From the NCBI RefSeq assembly GCF_006345805.1, contig NC_043003.1:51584001-51648000 (forward strand): 64,000 nucleotides of DNA, read 5' to 3'. The notes under the pieces were generated by a model. That model did no database searches and was not told the DNA's origin. It saw only the letters and a list, made by a program, of their open reading frames with translations. The DNA is from Octopus sinensis (lineage: Eukaryota). Shown piece after piece: positions 1 to 12,791 of the stretch (the first letter of the stretch is position 1; each line of letters begins with the position of its first letter). The position numbers and the translations under genes are program-made.

Positions 1-1410
1 GTAGTTGATAGCTTCCGTTATCTAGGTGACCAAGTCAGTAGTGGGGGTGGGTGCGCTGAAAGTGTAACTGCTAGAATAAGAATAGCCTGGGCAAAGTTTA
101 GGGAGCTCTTACCTCTGCTGGTGACTAAAGGCCTCTCGCTCAGAGTAAAAGGCAGACTGTATGATGCGTGTGTACGAACAGCCATGCTACATGGCAGCGA
201 AACATGGGCCGTGACTGCTGAGGACATGCGTAAGCTCGTGAGGAATGAAGCCAGTATGCTCCGATGGATGTGTAATGTCAGTGTACATACTCGACAGAGC
301 GTTAGCACCTTGAGAGAAATGTTGTACCTAAGAAGCATCAGTTGTGGTGTGCAAGAGAGACGATTGCGCTGGTATGGTCATGTGGCGATGATGGATGGAG
401 ATGAGAGATAGGTGTGTGAGAAAGTGCCAATCCCTAGCAGTTGAGGGAACCCGTGGAAGAGGTAGACCCAGGAAAACCTGGGACGAGGTGGTGAAGCACG
501 ACCTTCGAACTTTAGGCCTCACTGAGGAAATGACCAGAGACCGAGACCTTTGGAAATATTCTGTACGTGAGAAGACCAGGCAGGACAAGTGAGCCCAGCC
601 CACTTATGAATGCCTTTCCTCCCTTGGACACAAAGACCGGTTGAGGCAAGCGAAGTCGATATAGAACCTCATCCGACGACAGACACCCATGCCAACCCCC
701 CATGCTTGCGAAGACATGTTGGGGCAAGCGAAATCGAAACCGAATTGAACCAGCCAGGATCCTGGCCTGGTGGTACGTAAAAAGCACTATCCGACTCGTG
801 GCCGTGGCACGTAAAATACTCCAATGCGACCGTACGACAGGCACCCATGCCAACCCCCTTTGCTTGTGAAGACATGTTGGGGCAAGCAAAATCGAAATCG
901 AATAGAACCAGCCAGGATCCCTGGTCTGGTGGTACGTAAAAAGCACTATCCGACTCGTGGCCGTGGCACGTAAAATACTCCAATGCGACCGTACGACAGG
1001 CACCCATGCCAACCCCCTTTGCTTGTGAAGACATGTTGGGGCAAGCGAAATCGAAATCGAATTGAACCAGCCAGGATCCCTGGTCTGGTGGTACGTAAAA
1101 AGCACTATCCGACTCGTGGCCGATGCCAGCACCGCCTCGACTGGCTTCCGTGCCGGTGGCACATAAAATACACCAATCTGACCGTGGCCGTTGCCAGCCC
1201 CGCCTGGCACCTGTGCAGGTGGCACGTAAAAAGCACCCACTACACTCACGGAGTGGTTGGCGTTAGGAAGGGCATCCAGCTGTAGAAACATTGCCAGATT
1301 AGACTGGAGCCTGGTGCAGCCTTCTGGCTTCCCAGAACCCCGGTCGAACCATCCAACCCATGCTAGCATGGAGAACGGACGTTAAACGACGATGATGATG
1401 ATGATGATGT
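1..1410 (+). mobile_element. RTE-clade LINE, 3' part (ORF2 C-terminus, 3' UTR, (GAT)n tail); runs off the left edge
   Basis: ORFs 121-411 and 395-592 (frameshifted) read LYDACVRTAMLHGSETW...LRWYGHV...RGRGRPRKTW, typical of the RTE ORF2 C-terminus; the element ends in gttaaacgacgatgatgatg; same family as 27320-29370. Confidence 0.92.
680..1122 (+). repeat. About 159-bp tandem repeat (about 2.7 copies) in the RTE 3' UTR
   Basis: cccatgccaacccc recurs at 686, 844 and 1003; the units are nearly identical. Confidence 0.9.
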
Positions 1411-1424
1411 ATGTATGTGTATAT

Positions 1425-1635
1425 ATTTGTGTCTGTGTTTGTCCCCCCACATCGCTTGACAACCGATGGTGGTGTGTTTATGTCCTCGTAACTTAGCGGT
1501 TCGGCTAAAGAGACCGATAGAATAAGTACTAGGCTTACAAAGAATAAGTCCTGGGGTCGATGTGCTCGACTAAAAAAGGCGGTGCTCCAGCATGGCCACA
1601 GTCAAATGACTGAAACAAGTAAAAGAATAAAAGAA
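1425..1635 (+). mobile_element. SINE family A, 3' module only
   Basis: gtttgtcccc...cttgacaaccgat...ggtgctccagcatggcc.cagtcaaatgactgaaacaagtaaaaga, shared with many copies in the window. Confidence 0.8.
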
Positions 1636-2139
1636 AAATAAGCATTAGATTTGACAGAGTAATCTGAATGCTAAAGAGTTAACACACACACACACTGGAT
1701 AATGTAATGCTAGATTAGTGGTTTCTACTCAGTGTTGTAAACAATAGTTGGGAGTGTTGTGAGACTTTAAATTTAATAACATATAAAATATCAGTTAAGT
1801 GTGTCATGTACCTTAAGTACATGGTGACAAGGTCACAGAAAAATTAAAAACAACTGCTCTAGATACACTATATGGAGGAACAAGACAGAAAGATCATAAC
1901 TGTAATATCTTCAATCATAGGTCTGTTCTATAAGTGCAGACCAGATGTGAAACAACCAACTTAAATTATGTTGCTGGTATTTAGTTTATCAACCTTACAG
2001 GGATGAAAGGTAAAGTTAACTCTTGTAGAATATAGAACTAGAATATAAAGGGACCTAATTCCATACTGTAAGACAATCCATATGATACGTTACTGTCTAC
2101 TTTGCCATCCATAAAGAAATTTCTCAACAACAAAAACCA

Positions 2140-2620
<481 letters not shown>

Positions 2621-2892
2621 ACATCCATATCTGGAACAAATGAGTTGGCCTAAATCACAAATTGAGAAATAAAGATGTGTGGGATAGGCATGGTTGTGGG
2701 CTAAAAGTTTCCTCTATAGCTGCATCATTTCAGGTTTAATCACACTACATGGTGCTTTGGGCAAGTGTCTTCTGCCACATCCTTGCATCAAGCAAAGCCA
2801 TGAGTAAAAATTTACTAGGCATCAACTGTATGTAAGCCTACCTGAGGGACTTTTCCTGTTCTTAGGTGGTAAGGCAGAATATATTACCCAGT

Positions 2893-3620
2893 TTAACACT
2901 TTAGCATTTTATATTGTGACCCCCTTCGGTCATGAATGACCATGGGATTGCACCTAGAAAGTTACCCTCCGAGGCACAAATCTGGGCAAGGTCGTTTATG
3001 GAAGACCTGCAGTCACCCATGCATACCAGCCTCCCTTCTCCATGGCATCAATGTTATCCAAGGGAAAGGCTAGGGCCGATACAGCTTGGCACCAATGACG
3101 TCGCAGCTCAATTATTAACGTGTAAGTGGCTGAGCACTCCACAGAAACGTGTACCCTCAACATAGTTCTCGGGGAGATTCAGCATGACATAGAGTGTGAC
3201 AAGGCTGGCCTTTTCAAATACAGGTACAATAGAAACAGGAAGAAAGAGTGAGAGAAAGTTGTGGTGAATGAGTACAACAGGGTTCACCACCTGCTCTCTG
3301 CCGGAGCCTCGTGGAGCTTTAGGTCGTTTTCGCTCAATAAACACTCTCAATGCCCAGTCTGGGAATCGAAACAGCGATCCTTCGACCGCGAGTCTACTGC
3401 CCTAACCACTGGGCCATTGCACCTCCACACTTTAGCATTTAACCCGTGTTCAAACTGACCACATTTAGTCTCTCACACCTATACAACAATGTCATTCTAA
3501 GACTAAACAATCGTATCATCGAAATATCAAGGCTATGAGATAATGCATGGTTAATTCAAATCAATGAGAATAAATAAGCTTTACATTTGACAGAATAAGC
3601 TGAATGCTAAAGGGGTTAAT
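2893..3620. mobile_element. TTAA-CCCTTT-type MITE interrupted by a SINE
   Basis: Left end ttaacactttagcatt, right end aatgctaaaggggttaa; the body matches 11936-12165 and 48390-49588. Confidence 0.7.
2910..3426 (-). mobile_element. Composite tRNA-derived SINE with a 14-bp target-site duplication
   Basis: acactttagcattt at 2896-2909 and 3427-3440; tRNA-like head TGGCCCAGTGGTTAGGGC...GTTTCGATTCCC at the right end on the minus strand. Confidence 0.8.
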
Positions 3621-3860
3621 GCCACTACCCAGTCCTTGGATGCTTTAGTAGAGTACATACACTCTTGCCAACACTCAAGACAGGTATCTGATAACTTCCT
3701 CACTTCCTCTCACTAGTCTCAAAAGTTCTGAATAAGGATCATATAAGTACTACTCGCTTCTTCCTTAAAACATGGGCTAGTCATGGATGGAACATAGGTT
3801 TGTGCTGGATGAGGGTTGATATGGAGCTAAGCAATAACCACACAAACAGTACCTACATTC

Positions 3861-4006
3861 ATGTGGTAAGTAGCTTGTTTACCAACCACATGGTTCCGGG
3901 TTCAGTCCCACTGTGTAGCACCTTGGGCAAGTGTCTTCTACTATAGCCTCGGGCCGAACAAAGCCTTGTGAGTGGATTTGGTAGACAGAAACTGAAAGAA
4001 GCCCGT

Positions 4007-4043
<37 letters not shown>

Positions 4044-4250
4044 GTGTGTTTGTATGTCTGTGTTTGTCCCCCTAGCATTGCTTGACAACCGATGCTGGTG
4101 TGTTTATGTCCCCGTTACTTAGCGGTTCGGCAAAAGAGACCAATAGAATAAGTACTGGGCTTGCAAAAGAATAAGTCGAGTTGCTCGATTAAAGGCAGTG
4201 CTCCAGCATGGCCGCAGTCAAATGACTGAAACAAGTAAAAGAGTAAGAGT
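3861..4250 (+). mobile_element. SINE family A, near full length
   Basis: gtggtaagtagcttg...gggttcagtcccactg, (TA)n, then the 3' module ending aagtaaaagagtaagag. Confidence 0.88.
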
Positions 4251-5034
4251 AATCATTTAGCTTCAAGTAAAGCTAAATACACAGCTTTCACAGGTCTCTC
4301 TGGAACTGGTAAATTGTGTGTGGGTGGGGGGAGGAAGTTGAGAATAACAAGGTAAAGTTCAATAAGGTTAGTGTTTAGTTTGAACCCTTTCAGGAGAGCA
4401 TATGAAAGAAAACTACACAGGCAGTAAGGGAATTCTATAGAGAGGTTGTTTAGCCCAAAGTCAGCTGGGACTAAGCAGATCTATGATCAAAGATATTTCA
4501 ACTATAACCATCTTGCTTCCTTTTCAGATACACTGTATCTCACTAGGTTTTTTTTAAAGCAACAGGATATGATTTTAAGTTTGACTCATATTGCTAGCAA
4601 CTGAAAGAATTGTGAAGAAGCTTCGACACTGGCTCATTTAGAGTTTTTGGCAGAGAGTTTGGTAAGTTGTACAGCCTCAAATACTCCCAACTGAGTAGAT
4701 GTAGGATAAAATTACATTATGCATCCTTTTGGATAATCAGGTGTCAGTCAAGGAAGATTTAGCTGCTGTTTCTAGCATGTTGAGGCTCCTTGTTGACTTG
4801 AGTTTAGTACATTCAATAATGACTTGACTCATGGGGAGTGTGAAATGAGCAGGATTAGGCAGATGTGGTGATAAACAGTCAACAACTTGTGAGATTCCTT
4901 TAAAATATACATAAAAAAATGGGAATAGAAAAAAAATTAACCTAATCCCTTTAATCCTTAAAACTCTTTGCTTATGGTGAATGATTTAAGGGGCTTAATA
5001 AAGTTCCAAAGTAATCTTCAGTCAGCTGACAATC

Positions 5035-5260
5035 CATTACAACAAATATCCATGAATTGAGGGAGTCCCAACATGGAATATCCATGAATTGAGGGAGTCC
5101 CAACAAGGTCACTTGATATGCTAAAAATAGGAGCTAAATCTTTTCAAATCTATTCCTAGCCTCTAACAGAAATAAAAGACCTTGAAGACTGTAGCCTTAG
5201 ATAATTGTGCCAGAAAAAAAAAGATGAGATAATTTTTTATAGTGATTCAATAGTTTTGTT
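5035..5260 (+). mobile_element. Interspersed repeat family F (other pieces near 34800-34990, 40340-40570, 41930-42260, 51930-52620)
   Basis: Recurrent gtcacttga.(c/t)tgcta.aaatag.agc.aaatct...gccttagata motif in both orientations. Confidence 0.55.
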
Positions 5261-5279
5261 TGTTATTGAAATAAACTTT

Positions 5280-5712
5280 GTAGGTGCAGGCATAGTTGCA
5301 TGGTAAGAAATTTGTATCCCAACTACATGGTTCTAAGTTCAGCCGCATTTATAGCTCTGGGTTGACCAAAGAGAGCATCCAGCAGACAAAAACTGAAAGA
5401 AACCTGTCGTATATGTGTGTGTGTGTGTGTGTGTGTGCACGTGTGTGTACATGTGTTACTGCCTCCTTGCCTTGACATCATGTGATAGCTGTAAACAAAT
5501 GTTTTCATCACACAAGGTGTCTTTCATTTCCAATCTTTCATGAAAACATGTCTGGTCAAAGGGAAATATCACCTGACTTAGAAACAAGTGAGGGCTACCG
5601 ACAGGAGAGGCACTCAGCTGTAGAAAATCTGCCTCAACAAAATTCTGTCTCACAAATGTGAGCATAGAAAAGTGGATGTTAAAATGACGATGATAATGAT
5701 GACAATGATGAT
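5280..5712 (+). mobile_element. SINE-A head followed by family D element with an RTE-like tail
   Basis: A-type head at 5280-5460; the D body ends cagctgtagaaaatctgcctc...gaaaagtggatgttaaaatgacgatgat, resembling the RTE 3' end. Confidence 0.7.
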
Positions 5713-5949
5713 GCTGAGTGGGTGACTAAATTGCCAGGATGGCAGCTTAAGAGTCAATGTGCAAATTTCACTAATACAGTGAAACGTATAATGAAGACTC
5801 AATGTTAAAGCCTTTATTGGGTTACTTGAATTTGAACTTTAATGTAAATCTAATAATGATAATGATTTTTTAATGCTAAGCACATGGTCACATATCTGGG
5901 GAAGAGAACAGTTATTTTAATTGGTTGTGGTATTTGACCATGGGTACAA

Positions 5950-7125
5950 GGCCTGAAACTTTCGGGGAGCAGAATGGCTAGTTGATCACATCAACCCTAG
6001 TGCTTGAATGGTCCCTAATTTCATTGACCCTGAAAGGATGAAAGGTAAAGTCAATGTCAGTGGAAATTGAACTCAGATCAAAAAAATGGACAAAACACTG
6101 CTAAGCATTCTCTCTAGTGTGCTAATGATTCAGCTAGTGGAATATGGGCTAGTAGTTTTAGAGGGGGAAAGAGTCAGCTGATTATATTAACTTTAGTACT
6201 TAACTTATGCATAATTTTATTGAGCAGAAAAGGATGAAAGGCAAAGTTAGTCAGTCTCAAAGAGGTTGAACTCAGAACATAAAGAGTCAGAAGAATTGCT
6301 GTTAAATATTTTGTCTGACAATTGATTCTTACCAGCTTATCAATAATAATAAAATTAATAATAGAATTAATATTAATAGCATAGAATACGATAACAGAGA
6401 GAATACAAAGAAATTGAGAAATATCAGATCTTAAACAGATAGATGAAGAGTTTGTGGAAGACAAAGGTGACAATTGCTCCTGTTGTAGGTGTTGCACTTG
6501 GCACAACACCCTAACTGCTACCTAAGAGACTGAAGGATATTGGAATGGAGATATGCACGGTCCATTTGCAGGAAAACACCATCTATATTCTGTATGAATC
6601 CTAAGAATAATTCTTGAGATCTGAAGAGATGTATTGTCACCAAATATCAAGAAAACATCCCTGCAAACAAAATTAATGATGGTGATGGTGATAATGGTTA
6701 CAAGCTTTTGCACAAAGCCAACAATTTTAAAGGAAGTGGATAGGTTGATTACATATACCCAAGTGCTCAACCAGTACTTATTTTATCAATATCAAAAGAA
6801 TGAAAGATAGTCAACCTCAGCGGAATTTGAACTAAGGACATAAAGAGCTAAAAGAAATGTTGCTAAGCATTTTGTTTGACACACTAACAATTCTGCCAGC
6901 TCAACACATTCCTAATAATAATTTCAAAATTTGGCACAAGGCCAGCAAGTTCAGGGGAAGGGAATGAGTTGATTACATCAACCCCAGTGCTGAACTGGTA
7001 CTTATTTTATCGACCCCAAAAAGATGAAAAGCAAAGTCAACCTCGGCGGAATTTGAACTCATAACATAAAGACAGAGGAAATACTATTAAGCACCTTGTC
7101 CAATGAGCTAACAATTCTGCCCGGA
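5950..7125 (-). mobile_element. Cluster of four decayed SINE family C copies (5950-6130, 6200-6330, 6690-6900, 6915-7125)
   Basis: Repeated gatgaaaggcaaagtcaacctcggcggaatttgaactc, the reverse complement of the copy at 38912-39135. Confidence 0.75.
6395..6700 (+). mobile_element. Decayed C-terminus of an R4/Dong-like (RLE-type) non-LTR retrotransposon
   Basis: Manual translation EIEKYQI...LWKTKVTIAPVVGVALGTTP*LLPKRLKDIGMEIC..LQ resembles the EKY.DL...LW...V...PVVIGALG..PK.L...L..IG..I..LQ terminal motif of this clade; it contains stops. Confidence 0.65.
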
Positions 7126-7964
7126 TTTTGCAAGTTAGTCCAATACATGAAAACATGTTATTGCATGTTGATCATGCTCTAGGTCAGCACTAACAGAACA
7201 GACCATGAGGTTAAAAAGCATTTGAGCCACAACAATCTTTTCTTTTTTTTTCCTTCAAGTATAGAGTACCCCAGGCTACATTATGCAATGTCTTTTGTCA
7301 GTTTTTTTTAATATATTTAGTGCAGTAGGATGTGACTTAGCTGCTACTTTTAGTAGGTTGAACCAACCAACTAATCTCATCCCAAAAGATCACAACAAAC
7401 ACCATCAGCTGGCAAGATGCCTCCCCCATCAACCCAACTCACTACTGAATTTAAATAAATAGATAAATAAATAAAAGCTAGACCATCCTTTAAACTGTTA
7501 AGCCCCACCCACTTACCAACACCACCTCCTCCCCCTCCAGTTTTTCAGGAAGCAAACTAATCATCATCACAACCATTCCCTCCTCCCACCTTACAGAAGA
7601 CAAACAATTAAACAATTGAATAATTCAAGTAGAACTTTACGCCACCACCAATAGATATCTTCCTACTGTATGTAGAATAGCACAGTGTGTGTGTGTGTGT
7701 GTGTGTGTGCATGCGCACGTGTGTGTCTGTCTGAGAGCAACCATCAAAACAATGTTTTCTGCATAAACAAACAATAATTTGTCTGAATTTTTTGCTTTCT
7801 TAATCTAGTTCCTCTTTGTGTGTGTGCATGTAAGAGTGTGTGTGTGTGTGCATATGTATACAACCGTTACTGCATTTCATATTGCTTTATTTCAGCTTCC
7901 TCCTTTTATTGTATTCGATCCCCTTTTTCTTTATTTTATTTCCCCCACCGTCTTCTTCTGGATG

Positions 7965-8222
7965 TGTGTGTGTGTCTCTGGATGTGTGTGTGTGTGTTTA
8001 GCAGTAGCACTGTCTTCAGTATGGGAGCAATACTCCACTGCATGTCTCACTTGAGCTTTGTAATAGATTAATGGTTACTTTGGGGTTGAAATATTTACTA
8101 GCTTTCAAGAAAAAGACCTGTCTTTAAGATGAAGGCATTACTATGTTAAGGATGTGCATTTACTAGGAAAGATCCACAGTCAAAGTGAGATCTCACATCT
8201 GGAGCAATTGCGAGAGCCTTCC
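7965..8222 (-). mobile_element. CR1/Jockey-type LINE RT fragment, near-identical duplicate of 9595-9842
   Basis: The minus strand reads YYKAQVRHAVEYCSH, like the LYKAQVRP.LEYCSH motif. Confidence 0.7.
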
Positions 8223-8547
8223 CTACCTAACGGTGTTACCCTGTTTTCTTACTAAAATCCAACCATGTTGCCTGAGATATACCAACACATTATGCTCACT
8301 AGCCTCTGCCAAGTCATGAATCTCCTCCTAACAGACTACTGTAATCATGTTTGATAAGCGTGAAAGAACATATTGGCAGAAACTAAATAAGCTATAACAT
8401 CCAGCAACAAGGCTCGTTCCAGGTCACAAGCCATATGTAGGGGAAACTATCTATCAACCCATCTATCTGCCTGTATATCCATTTATCAACCTTTCTACTT
8501 TTATACCCATTTCTATATCCACAAACCTTTTATACATCTTTAAACAT

Positions 8548-8690
8548 TGGCGTTAGGAAGGGCATCCAGCTGTAGAAACACTGCCAGATCTGACTGGACT
8601 GGTGCAGCCTTCGGGCTCCCCAGACCCCAGTTGAACCGTCCAACCCATGCTAGCATGGAAAGCGGACGTTAAATGATGATGATGATGAAA
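8548..8690 (+). mobile_element. Heavily 5'-truncated RTE 3' tail
   Basis: ggcgttaggaagggcatccagctgtagaaac...ggacgttaaatgatgatgat, matching 1258-1410. Confidence 0.88.
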
Positions 8691-8754
8691 CTTTTATATC
8701 TATCAACCTATTACAGAAAATTAAACCTTCTTGTACTCTGTTATCTTTATTCAT

Positions 8755-9240
8755 CATCATCATCATTTAACTTCTGTTTTCCATGCTGGTGTGTATTGGA
8801 TGGTTTGACTGGAGCTGGTAGGGCCAGGGACCACACCAGGCTCTATTATCTGTTCAGGCATGATTTCTACAGCCAGCTGGATGCCCTTCCTAATACCAAC
8901 CACTCCAGAGTGTAGTGGGTGCTTTTTATGTGGTGCCAGCACCAATGCTTTTAATGTGGCACCAGCACCAGTGCTTTTAATGTGGCACCAGCACCAGTGC
9001 TTTTAATGTGGCACCAGCACCAGAGCTTTTAATGTGACACCAGCATCAGTATCAATTCTGTTGTGGTGGATGGGTCTTAAGTATAGCAAGGTGCCAGATA
9101 TCTTGATCCTTTGTTATCTTCGTAAGGTTCATTGGCCTTCAATACTTCATCCCATGTCTTCCTCTTCCACAAGTTCCATCCACTTTAAGTGATGGGTACT
9201 TCTGTATGCAACTGTCCACATCCATCCATTATATCTTATT
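8755..9240 (-). mobile_element. RTE 3' end (ORF remnant plus tail) with an internal 24-bp tandem repeat
   Basis: Reverse-complement tail starting at catcatcatcatttaac; caccagtgcttttaatgtggcaccag repeated at 8937-9050. Confidence 0.75.
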
Positions 9241-9399
9241 TCATCCCCTTCCTATCCTACTAACAGCATTACTATTACCTTGCTAAAATCCAACCACGTT
9301 GCCCATGATACACCAATACATTATCCACCACATACACACACGCTAATACATTAGAATATATTTTGCATACAGATGTGCACATATGCAGCTTTGTAAAGT

Positions 9400-10260
9400 T
9401 TGCCAGAATGATTAGATGAGAAAAGACAAGAGAATCAAGAGTGTATAAATGAAGGTGGCACCAAATTAGTTAGCGCCAAGGAGCAGAGAACTGTGTAATT
9501 ACTGTAGAAAAGATAAAGAATGGAAACAGCACTAGTATGGACCAGAAGCTGAAGTGTGTCTGTGAGCATCTTTATACCAATTAATAGAGTAGTCTGTTGT
9601 CTCTGGATGTGTGTGTGTGTGTAGCAGTAGCACTGTCTTCAGTATGGGAGCAATACTCCACTGCGGGTCTCACTTGAGCTTTGTAATAGATTAATAGTTA
9701 CTTTGGGGTTGAAATATTTACTATCTTTCAAGAAAAAGACCTGCTGTTAAGATGAAGGCATTACTATGTTAAGGATGTGCATTTACTAGGAAAGATCCAC
9801 AGTCAAAGTGAGATCTCACATCTGGAGCAATTGCGAGAGCCTTACTTGCATGCTGCTCATGTTTAAGGCATATGAGGTGCATTGAGGTTTTCTAAATAAA
9901 TGCAGTGCTTTTATTATTTTACTTTTGGATGCCATAAAATAGACATTACGCCATTGGGGGAGGTTTTCCCAGTCTCTGTTCATGAAGTCAGTGTGTGGTA
10001 TGTGGATGACATTTGGGTGTGGAAGGTTAGAGAGAAACAAAATGTGGGATCATCCGCATAGGTGAGGGCATTGTTGAAGGTGGTAGCATGTAGATTGCAG
10101 GTGTATAAGAGGAAGAGCATGGGTTACACTGTAAATCCATAAGCATGGGCTGCAATAGTGTTATCTGAGAAGTTATTGATCAAAGAGGTGAGAAATGGAT
10201 GGAACTCAAACTAGGACATTTTGATAGATGCCAGACATGGTCCAAAATTTTGCCAACATT
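9400..10260 (-). mobile_element. Decayed CR1/Jockey-type LINE reverse transcriptase region
   Basis: The minus strand gives MLFLLYTCNLHATTFNNALTYADD (about 10060-10130), then the YYKAQVR..EYCSH motif region and SILYLFYSNYTVLCSLALTNLVPP; many stops and frameshifts. Confidence 0.72.
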
Positions 10261-10418
10261 CAAATTTCCCTCAGTCAAAAACCCACAGATAAATGATATG
10301 GGAAATATACTGCAGCATGTTAGGCAAATATCTACTGTAGTCTAAAGTTAAGCAATACCTTGAAGTGGAATTTAGCAAATACAGTCTGTGTAGAAATATA
10401 TCATGCAAGCATATGTGC

Positions 10419-10449
<31 letters not shown>

Positions 10450-10751
10450 ATACATATGAATCTCTCTCTCTCTCTACATACATACAAAGAGTAAATACTC
10501 ATAGGTATTGGACATCAATAAGTAAAAAGTGTCAAAAAGGAATAAAAGTATCAACAAACAGGCCTTAATACAGAAATATTTTGTCAACAAAACATTATTT
10601 ATTTACATATAACTATTTATTTCTATTTTATATACTGGCATGAACCTATCTTGAATAGTTAGCTTCACCAAAAGTAAATAATATGATCAACATGACACTT
10701 CAGTGAAAGTTCAGAATTATTCTGCTTTTATAGTATAACATACATCACATA

Positions 10752-11553
10752 CGAGATCTGATCAATAAGTATCCGAATTGTTGCCATAGTAATGAAGCTG
10801 AAGCATGCAGAGTCAAGTCGCTTGGCAAAAATTGACCTTGAACTCTGCTGTGCATGCCCACTAAGTTTTAACATTCTAGCTCACTTCTGCTGTTTACAGC
10901 AGTGCTTGGTCAGAAGATGTGTAGCACGTGATCATCACATTGACCATGACAGAGAAAGTTGTCATGGCAATACCTGCTCAGAGGCCTACACAAAGTTAGA
11001 GAAAGTGTATGGAGAGGAGTGTATGAGTGTTTCAGATGTTTCTAAGATGGCTAAAAATGTCGATAGTGATGAACGTTCTCAGAAACCCACAACCAGCAAA
11101 AATGAGAAAAACATTGCAGATATGCATGTAGAGGATGTGCAGATTAATTACAATTCAGTTCAATCCATTAATATTTTGGGTATGAGACACACGTCTGCCA
11201 AGTTTGTGCTAAAACTGCTTTCAGCTGACCAAGAAGACACTCAAGTTTCCGTTGCACAAAACCTACTTGATAATGTCGAGAAAAATGAAAACTTTTTGGA
11301 AACTTTGCGTAAGCCTCTGAGCAGGTGTTGCCAAGATTTTGGTAGAATTTGATGCAGATTCTCTGCTCAACTTTCTCTGTCATGGTCAATGTGATGATCA
11401 CATGCTACACACCTTCCTTCCAAGCACTACTGTAAACAGCGGAAGTGAGCTAGAACATTAAAACTTAGTGCACATACACAGCAGAGTTCAAGGTCAATCT
11501 GTGCCAGCATCGTTACTGTGGTAACAGTCCGGATACTTATTGTTCAGACCATG
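10752..11553. mobile_element. Mariner (Tc1/mariner) deletion derivative with two inverted 5' ends
   Basis: TA at 10750-10751 and 11554-11555; arms about 10752-10995 and 11300-11553; ORFs encode the mariner N-terminus MTEKVEQRICIKF..NLGNTCSEAY and VYGEECMS...DERSQKPTTS...LGMRHTSAKFV. Confidence 0.9.
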
Positions 11554-11739
11554 TACTTTGGAACTGCTCCCACAGTATATGGCTTCACATTATTACTCAG
11601 TATATATATTATATACTGAAGTAGAAAGGCCTGGGGAAATTGTTATAGATTGATATTAAAATATTAGCCATTTACTGAATTAAACATTGAGTTTCATACA
11701 CATTATGAATTGGAAATAATTTACTTTTTCATTTTTATC

Positions 11740-11930
11740 ATAATTTTAATGTCCACTTTTCCATGCTTGCATCGACAGATTGAATTTGTGGACGCAGACT
11801 TTCTATAGCCAGATGCCCTTTCTGCTGCCAACCCTCACTTGTTTCCAAATAAGGTAATATTTCCTCATGACCAGACTTGTTTCCATGGAAGACTGGAAAC
11901 AAATTTACACTGCTTGCACGACAGTGAAAC
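11740..11930 (-). mobile_element. Family D element
   Basis: ttttaatgtccacttttccatgcttgc...gatgccctttctgctgccaaccctcac, the reverse of 5460-5712. Confidence 0.7.
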
Positions 11931-11935
11931 TTGCT

Positions 11936-12165
11936 TAACCCTTTTAACATTTGGGTTTCTGTCAAATGTAATAATTATATTTTCAATTTGTTTTTAATTA
12001 ATCATGCATTATCTCATAGCTTCAATATTTTGATGATGTAATTGTTTTATTTTCAGGATGGCATTGTAGAACAGGTGTGAGAGAGTGGATCTGGCCAGTT
12101 TGAGCATAAAATAGGTAGGATATTTTGGCTGGATATGGTGGGTTTAAATGCTAGAGGGTTATAAC
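11936..12165. mobile_element. TTAA-CCCTTT-type MITE (piggyBac-like ends)
   Basis: ttaacccttttaacatt...aatgctagagggtta. Confidence 0.7.
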
Positions 12166-12791
12166 TATCATGCACTATCAAGGCAAGGAGACATTAGCAC
12201 ACACATATACACACACAACGGGCTTCTTTCAGCTTCACTTCACCAAATCCACTCACAAAGCTTTGGTTGACCTGGAGCTATAGTAGATGACACTTTCCCA
12301 AGGTGCCATGCAGTGGGACAGAACTCAAAACAGAGACATACTGCCTGAGTAGGCAAGATAGGCAGTGCCTGCCCTGAATGAAATAGATCGATAGTAACAT
12401 TTTCCTTTTATGGCAAAATATGCACCTAATCCAATAAAATTATGAATGTTACTCTGATTATTATGAATAAAATGCAAAATAAGTTTGTTTTTAGTTCTTT
12501 TTTTTTTTTGAGATTAGGTAGGCATAATTTGCCCCAGCCTTTCAATCTCAGTATAGTACTGCTGCAGTACATGTGCAGCATACATTCCTACGTTTTCTTC
12601 ACACACTATAAAGGTAGAAGTAAATCTGCCCCCAACTCAGTCACATGCCTGTGTTTCGCTTATTTTCTTTTTGTGTTTTACTACTTAAACGTCGCCAACT
12701 GCTTACCCTGAGTAATTACTCGTGGCACGTGCCTGACTCAAAACCATGCGGTTGGGAAGCAAACCCCTTACACAGTCATGCCTCTGCTTCA

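Noticed and set aside
680-1122. Regular direct repeats as a possible CRISPR array (also 8937-9050, 36790-36960, 50205-50268)
   Set aside because: Head-to-tail repeats with no unique spacers, no cas genes, and a eukaryotic context.
512-1369. 285-aa minus-strand ORF with internal repeats
   Set aside because: Antisense to the RTE 3' UTR tandem repeat; the same wording recurs at other copies (36358-37095, 63242-63526).
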